A DNA stretch of 64,000 nt from the sequence record MK250028.1, one strand, 5' to 3'. Positions 57,821 through 64,000 of this stretch are shown piece after piece. Made by a program: the position numbers and the translations under genes. How positions within the stretch are numbered: position 1 is the first letter of the stretch; every line of letters begins with the position of its first letter. Under the pieces are notes generated by a model, which saw only the letters and a list, made by a program, of their open reading frames with translations, was not told the DNA's origin and did no database searches.

Positions 57821-58987
57821 TTATGCATATAAATATATTTTTTTCATTTCTTTACCAGAAGGTGTTGTAAATGTTATAACTGCATATTTTCTTTCAAATC
57901 CATCCCATTCGCATTCCATATCTTCACCTCTGCCATTATAACGGTCCGCATCATCAAGGTCTCGTTTTAAATCAAGCTTTGCTTTCCAATTAGGCTTCTT
58001 TGTTGATTGAATTAATTTTTTATATTCAATACATTTTTTTGAATTATGTGCAAGCAATCTTAAATCAAACCTATCAAATATGCGAGATCGTTTTCCTGAC
58101 ACTCTTTCATCTGAAATATTCATTATATCTAATGGTTTACATTTCAATGTATTCTGAATATATTTATTCAATGATAGGAATTCTTTACATGGTTTAGAAA
58201 TATACTTAATGGAATCAACCCATGGTTTATCATCATTATTACTTAGCCAACTACTATATGGTTTATGAATACCATCAATACGTGTGTAGTTAGGTAAATC
58301 TATTTTATACAATTTATATGTATAAATATCTTCCATTAATCCATCAATATCACCATTTGGATAATATTTTTCTAATATATTTTCATTATCATAATAAAAA
58401 TTATTAATATTAATATCGATAATAGGAAACTTTTCAGTTTTTTTATTTGCTATATATTTCTTTAATAGTTTTGAAATAACTTCTTGCTTATTATTTGATG
58501 ATGATGAAGTATTTCTTGAAGATGATGTACCTCTTAATGTTCCAGATAATACACGTTCACTTGCATTTACACCAAACTCTTGTAATGTAATATTTGAACC
58601 AATAAGTTTATTAATCCATCTAACAATTTCATTCGCTGATATAGGATTTACTCTAAATACTTTTGTAAATGCTTCTATTGTAGCATCTGTACGCTTTGGT
58701 ATTTTTGCTTCTGTTTCACCTACAAATGTATAAATCAATTTTGGATTTCCAAAAGACATAAGCTTACATTTTCTTCCTTGTTTAATAATACGAAGAACAT
58801 AAGATTGATTTGTTGGTGTATATACCATATACAAATAATATACAGGATAACCTGTGGTTCCATTTGATTTTAATTTTACAAGATTACATCTATAATATGC
58901 TCCATCAGCAGAAGCAATATTTTCAAATGCAAATTTAACTGCTTGCTTTTCTGTTGTATCTAAAGATTCAAATAATTTATTAATCAT
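57821..58987 (-). CDS. Hypothetical protein (388 aa), candidate head-internal protein
   Basis: Track ORF; TATAAATA at 59022-59029; N-terminal KLFESLD resembles the protease-type LxE site. Confidence 0.75.
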   Translation of the reverse strand: MINKLFESLDTTEKQAVKFAFENIASADGAYYRCNLVKLKSNGTTGYPVYYLYMVYTPTNQSYVLRIIKQGRKCKLMSFGNPKLIYTFVGETEAKIPKRTDATIEAFTKVFRVNPISANEIVRWINKLIGSNITLQEFGVNASERVLSGTLRGTSSSRNTSSSSNNKQEVISKLLKKYIANKKTEKFPIIDININNFYYDNENILEKYYPNGDIDGLMEDIYTYKLYKIDLPNYTRIDGIHKPYSSWLSNNDDKPWVDSIKYISKPCKEFLSLNKYIQNTLKCKPLDIMNISDERVSGKRSRIFDRFDLRLLAHNSKKCIEYKKLIQSTKKPNWKAKLDLKRDLDDADRYNGRGEDMECEWDGFERKYAVITFTTPSGKEMKKIYLYA

Positions 58988-59021
58988 TATATTATTAAAA
59001 TTATTTAAGTTTAATATAATA

Positions 59022-59029
59022 TATTTATA
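59022..59029 (-). promoter_or_regulatory. T4-type late promoter TATAAATA
   Basis: Exact octamer 34 nt upstream of ATG 58987 (AT-rich context, could be chance). Confidence 0.45.
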
Positions 59030-59038
59030 TCTAATTAA

Positions 59039-60199
59039 TTACCATCTATGATAACGTTTTCTATATGAATAATTACCAGATGGATTATTTTCTGTATAAT
59101 CATTTGTAATTACCCAATATGAAATTCCAACATTATATAGTAACATAATAATAAGAATAGCAATATACCATCCTGTACTTAATTCTATATTAATATAATT
59201 AAAATCAGAAAATTCTTTCCTATTCCAATTTGTATCAATTTGTGTATCTAACCATTCAGCATATTCTTTAAAATTAATGGTAGGATGATTAATGAAATAA
59301 TCACGTGTTTTTACTTCAAGCAAAGGTTTATCACACCATGAAAATGGATTACACCAAATAATTTTATTATTCTTTATACCAAGACATACAATAAACTCGT
59401 TCTTATTTCCACCTTGCCAATATGCCTTTTGCATTTCTGATATTTCTATGTTAGATGTATTGTAACAACATATCAATACATGAATTTGATTCTTTGGACC
59501 TCTGTAGCCATTCAAATACCTAACAGCGTCAATATCAGATTCATTTGCGTTATATCCAATTATTGGATTCTGATCATATAACTTAGTTTCAGGATATTCA
59601 TATAAACCATTTTCTTTTGCATCTTCTTTACTTATATTAGAATATTTAAAGATAGAATATGAAGATGCTTTTACTTTATTCTGATACATATGTGTCCATG
59701 TTACAGGATATGAATTCTCTCTTGTTCTATTCCAATATGTAATATATGCATCTCCATCTTCTAAATGATAATTTCTATGCATATCTTTAAATACTGGTTG
59801 CGTATTTAATTTTTTACATATATACTGATAATCTTTTTTAGATATTGATTCTTTATCTCCATGTATTGTTTCATAAATATATTCAGCAGGATGGTATCTT
59901 CGTTCAGGTACTGTATATGTTACGGTTCGTGTTTTACCGTTACCACATGAAACAGTTCTAGTATGTGTTACCATAACTATTTCATCCCATGGTTCATAAT
60001 ATGTTACTTTACTTATTAAATCACTTAAATATTCTGTGTCTAATGATGATATATATACAAATGAATATTTAAGGCCAAGAAATAATAATAATGATGGTAC
60101 AGCTACAATAAAATATTCCCATATTGCAGTTTGCTTACGAAATTTCCATGCTAATATTATTATTGTAATAATAGGTATTAAAAAAATTATTATTTCCAT
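59039..60199 (-). CDS. Membrane protein (386 aa) with two N-terminal TMs, a large soluble domain and one C-terminal TM
   Basis: Hydrophobic ends; YEPWDE, THTRTVSCG, WQGGNKNEFIVCLG. Confidence 0.8.
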   Translation of the reverse strand: MEIIIFLIPIITIIILAWKFRKQTAIWEYFIVAVPSLLLFLGLKYSFVYISSLDTEYLSDLISKVTYYEPWDEIVMVTHTRTVSCGNGKTRTVTYTVPERRYHPAEYIYETIHGDKESISKKDYQYICKKLNTQPVFKDMHRNYHLEDGDAYITYWNRTRENSYPVTWTHMYQNKVKASSYSIFKYSNISKEDAKENGLYEYPETKLYDQNPIIGYNANESDIDAVRYLNGYRGPKNQIHVLICCYNTSNIEISEMQKAYWQGGNKNEFIVCLGIKNNKIIWCNPFSWCDKPLLEVKTRDYFINHPTINFKEYAEWLDTQIDTNWNRKEFSDFNYINIELSTGWYIAILIIMLLYNVGISYWVITNDYTENNPSGNYSYRKRYHRW

Positions 60200-60234
60200 A
60201 TATTATTATTTTATTTAAAATTAAAAATTATGTT

Positions 60235-60246
60235 ACAAAGATACAT
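60235..60246 (-). promoter_or_regulatory. Bacteroidetes-type promoter TATCTTTG, copy 6
   Basis: ATGTATCTTTGT upstream of ATG 60199. Confidence 0.8.
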
Positions 60247-60263
60247 ATAATTTATAAAATAAA

Positions 60264-60301
60264 AAATCTTATAGATAAAAACTAATTTACCTATAAGATT
60301 T
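60264..60301 (-). terminator. Putative terminator
   Basis: AAATCTTATAG/CTATAAGATTT stem downstream of gene 60318..60851. Confidence 0.7.
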
Positions 60302-60317
60302 AAATAAGTGTTGTTAT

Positions 60318-60851
60318 TTAATAGATTCTTTTAAAGTTTTCATAAAAATCTTTCGCATGCTTTACAAAATACGGACCATCAGGACAATCATTATATACTG
60401 CTTTATATAAAACTAAATCTTCATTTTTTCTCCAGTAATAATTTGGGTGTTCTAAATATTCATCATCAAAATATTCAGGATCTAAATCAATATCTTTAAA
60501 TAATAGATGTTCTTGAACTAATTCATATTCTCTATGTTCAAAATCTTTTGCATTTTTATAGATATATCTTCCAATACCTTTATTCTCTATATTCCATTCT
60601 GTTTGATACCAATATTCACTTAAGCTTCTATCATGTTCATCAGGAAATTTATCTTGATTCATATATTCCTTATTAACATGAAGATAATGAAACGTATCTT
60701 GAACATATCCACCAAACCAACAAATTCCTAATATAAGTTCTTTTTGTGTATCATGAATTTCGACAACTCTCATACCTTGAGTCATTTTAGGAAATTCTTT
60801 ACAACAATGAAATATATAATCTCCTTCTTTTATATCTTTTAGCTTTTTCAT
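60318..60851 (-). CDS. Hypothetical protein with DUF1653-like C-terminus
   Basis: EDLVLYKAVY....PYFVKHAKDFYENF. Confidence 0.6.
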   Translation of the reverse strand: MKKLKDIKEGDYIFHCCKEFPKMTQGMRVVEIHDTQKELILGICWFGGYVQDTFHYLHVNKEYMNQDKFPDEHDRSLSEYWYQTEWNIENKGIGRYIYKNAKDFEHREYELVQEHLLFKDIDLDPEYFDDEYLEHPNYYWRKNEDLVLYKAVYNDCPDGPYFVKHAKDFYENFKRIY

Positions 60852-60995
60852 TTCTTTCTAATTAAGTTTTTAATTGTATAAAAATATAAAAATTTAGTTT
60901 ATTAAATATTGTTAATTAAAATATTTTTATTAATTTTTTCCCCAATATTATTATGGTATTTTTTAATATAATAATTAAAATTATTATTTTTAACT

Positions 60996-61136
60996 ATGAA
61001 TGAAACTAATGTGAAAGAACCTAAACGTATAAAGCAATATATAGATACACATATATGGTTAAGTTTTTGTAAATTATTAAAAGCTTATGTTTTAATAAGT
61101 AATAATTTATATATTTATTTGCTTTATAAAAATTAA
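60996..61136 (+). CDS. Possible 46-aa peptide
   Basis: ATG 60996 to TAA 61136 in an intergenic gap; no motif. Confidence 0.3.
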   Translation: MNETNVKEPKRIKQYIDTHIWLSFCKLLKAYVLISNNLYIYLLYKN

Positions 61137-61162
61137 AATTTTATGAACGCATACATAAATTG

Positions 61163-61846
61163 TTATTTGTTTGTAATATTAAATAATAATTCTACTTCTT
61201 CTAATAAACTTACTTTATTTTCTTCTATTATTTTCTTTGAATATGATAATTTCATATTCTTCCATGTTTCTAATAGAAACTTTATATGTTCTGCTAAGAA
61301 TTTATTCCAATCATGAATTCTCATCTCGTCTTTCAAACCACATGCACATTGTGTGAAATAATCAGATGAAAATGAAACTAATATATCACATTCTCTTAAT
61401 ATCCGTTGATATAAATTTAAATCATCATCATTAATCATATAAGGATAACATGTTGCATCTATATTATCTCCTATAATTTTAATCAAATGATTACATGATT
61501 CATCATCATTAATAAATTCAGTTCTAATATAATTCTTCATTACATCTTTTGCGATATTGATATTTGTAATATCATCATATTTTCCTGCGCTATGATTAAA
61601 ATCATGAAATATTGCAGACATTAAAAGAATATATAAGCCTTCATTATCTAATTTAAATTCATAATTATCAGTTTGACTTTCTTCATATATACAACATATA
61701 TGATACATCATCGCAAATGTATGGTTTATATTATGATATGGATTTGTAAGAGATATACAATTATTAATATAATATGTAAATAATTTCTTTAAATCTTCAT
61801 TTGCATTTATATATGTTAAAACTTTTACTTGATCTGTATTAATCAT
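61163..61846 (-). CDS. HD-domain phosphohydrolase / phosphodiesterase-like protein
   Basis: NPYHNINHT, SAIFHDFNH, RECDI metal-binding motifs. Confidence 0.85.
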   Translation of the reverse strand: MINTDQVKVLTYINANEDLKKLFTYYINNCISLTNPYHNINHTFAMMYHICCIYEESQTDNYEFKLDNEGLYILLMSAIFHDFNHSAGKYDDITNINIAKDVMKNYIRTEFINDDESCNHLIKIIGDNIDATCYPYMINDDDLNLYQRILRECDILVSFSSDYFTQCACGLKDEMRIHDWNKFLAEHIKFLLETWKNMKLSYSKKIIEENKVSLLEEVELLFNITNK

Positions 61847-61922
61847 ATTTAATAAATTTAATTCAAATTTTATATAATAGTTTAAATAAAAAGACTTATT
61901 AAATAATGTAATTAAAATAAAA

Positions 61923-61963
61923 ATCCAGATAATAATCTTATCAATTAAGAGAATTATCTGGAT
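61923..61963 (-). terminator. Terminator of the protease gene
   Basis: ATCCAGATAAT/ATTATCTGGAT stem. Confidence 0.75.
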
Positions 61964-62002
61964 AAAATAATATATTTAATTTATGATTTATGATTCAATA
62001 TA

Positions 62003-63748
62003 TTAGAAATTATCATATGTTTGTTCAAGCATCTTAACATAATCCATATGATAACCAAGAGGATGTTCTGATTCATTTACAGGTTTCATAATAGGTTTTT
62101 GAGAAACTTTATAACGTTTAACAAATTCTTCATTCATTATACGTTGTGCTTCTCTATTTCTAAGACCAGTTTTCTCCCAGAACTCATCAACATCTTGTTT
62201 AGTTTCAAGAACCCAATAACGTGCCATATTCTCAATAGCATCTTGCTCTTGAAGAGAAGCATGTGTGTAAAGTTCAATATCTTTAGGATCAGCCAATCTC
62301 AACCAATTCTTAAGGATACGTTTCTCTGCAAGAAGTGGAACATTCCATTGATTGTTAATATCATCAATCTTATAGATATTATGTTCTACTACATATTTCA
62401 TACATTTTTTCTTCTATGTAGGTTTAAGAGCCGCAAATTTCGCGAAGTTATCTGGTGATAATGAAACAGAGAATGGATAACGTGAAATAATCTGTTCTTT
62501 AATTGCTTCCTTTTTTTCAAGATTATCAAGAAGATCTTGGAATTCCTCCATGTCTTTATCAGTTTCAGCTGCAATTCTTTCTGCTTTTTCTGTAGATGTT
62601 TTTGAATCTTCGTCAGCTGGTGTGGAATCTTCTGCATCATCATTAGTTGTATCTGTATCAGAAACGTCTTCATCTTTTGAGTTATCATCTGAATCTGCAT
62701 CACCATCATCAGCTTTATCCTCATCAGACTATCCTTCTACATCAAGAATATCTGCACGTTTTTCGGCTTTCTCATCATCGTCTGTATTTTCATCGGAATC
62801 ACTATCAGCATCTTCTGATGTAATATCGAGGATTAATGCGCGTTTCTTTTCTTTCTCATCATCTGTAGGTTCTGATTTTGAATCTTCACTCTTATTATCT
62901 TTTGTATCATTATTTTCATCTTTATTATCAGATGAATTATCTGAACCACTACCATCTGGTGTTACGTCTGCTTCTGGTAATTTGAATTCTTCTTCATCTT
63001 CTTCAAGTAATGGTTTTGATAAATCTTTCAAATTAACCGGTTTGTTTTTCATTTCCATACATTTTTCATTTATTGGAGCATCTTGCTCAAGTTCATTGAC
63101 TGTAACACCTTCCATAAGAACCTTATATTTCTTATTAGTTGATTCTTTCTCTGATTTTTGAGCTGATACTGATTCATTGAGATATGACATAGTATTAACT
63201 CCCAAAGATTCATTAACTCTATCAAGTTTTGCTTCAGCGAAACCAGGTGTGCAAACAATATCATATGTAAAAATCTATGCTATTTCTACTTCATGTGTTT
63301 TCTCATCTACATCACCTGCAGCTCGAGAAGAAACAAACAATGGATAACCTGCTTCTACCAATTCCTATGCGATTTTACCATTAGGTGTGTCGAGAATTTC
63401 AAGTTTACCCATTACATTATGATTTTCCTAATCATACCAGAGGTCTGTGATCTTATGTGACGCTTCTTTTAACTGAATATCAAAACGACCTTCTGGATGA
63501 TCCAACTCACCAAGAATTGAACCACTTTCTTTAATCATCTCACGTAAATACCCAAGGTGACGTAAAACTTCTTTTTCTGGATAACTTCTATTATTACGGT
63601 TAATTACAACATGACCTGGAACAGAACATGCAGTAAATACCCCGGAGAATATATATTTCTTATTATTTGGTGTACTGTCAAGAGACTCGTTAAGCGTAAG
63701 AGGCTACAATGACTTACTTTTTATCATTAACTTATTACTTTTTGTCAT
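62003..63748 (-). CDS. gp21: T4 gp21-like prohead core protease fused to an acidic scaffold-like region (581 aa)
   Basis: NRNNRSYP, LGELDHP, ASHKI, GKLEILDTPNGKI, VSSRAAG, YDIVCTPGF; frame continues through TAG into track ORFs 62729..63205 and 62003..62401; ends TAA. Confidence 0.9.
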
Positions 63749-64000
63749 AAAACAAAATAAATCTTATTTTTATTATTTATTCAATATATTTTATATTATT
63801 TCTTAAATAATGAGTCTCTATAATATTCATCAAATTTTTTTTCTTTTAACGCATAATTTATTGATTTAGATAATTTATTAAAATATATATTAAAAAAATG
63901 ATTAATATTATATTTTACTTTATTTGCATTTATTTTATCAATAGATGTATATTTTTTATTCTTTAACATTTTTTTAATCGAAGAACCTTTTATATCATTT

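Noticed and set aside
62550-63161. 203-aa Ser-rich plus-strand ORF
   Set aside because: Antisense shadow of the Asp/Glu-rich part of the protease gene; no independent signals.

Overview
This is an AT-rich fragment of a large tailed phage genome that reads TAG as glutamine (genetic code 15). The supplied ORF track is fragmented at TAG codons: the fragments fall in one frame and join into long genes that all end in TAA or TGA. TAG occupies both Gln positions of the T5orf172 motif RLKQLQTGN (50702-50728). Bacteroidetes-type TAnnTTTG promoters, a T4-like prohead protease and RNase H, and the recoding suggest a Lak-like megaphage of Prevotella/Segatella (inference, no database search run). 1-23.9 kb (+) holds late genes: a 2896-aa CotH-kinase/LRR protein and three paralogous coiled-coil fibre proteins (1525, 552 and 2666 aa). 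23.9-35.7 kb (mostly -) holds RNase H, hypothetical proteins, a 1989-aa tape-measure-like protein and a lipoprotein. 35.8-62 kb holds about 45 small, mostly TAG-free genes (ClpP, PTP-like phosphatase, PNKP, beta-barrel OMP, HD hydrolase and others). This region also contains two long ORF-free, stem-rich transcription units (45.4-46.3 kb and 51.3-52.4 kb), each with a promoter, the same 14-nt boxA-like leader and a terminator; these are the best candidates for an undescribed system. 62.0-63.7 kb (-) encodes a prohead protease fused to an acidic scaffold-like region. No tRNA, CRISPR array or reverse transcriptase was seen. There is an assembly gap at 54052-54485. All CDS coordinates use TAG=Gln and were derived by hand.
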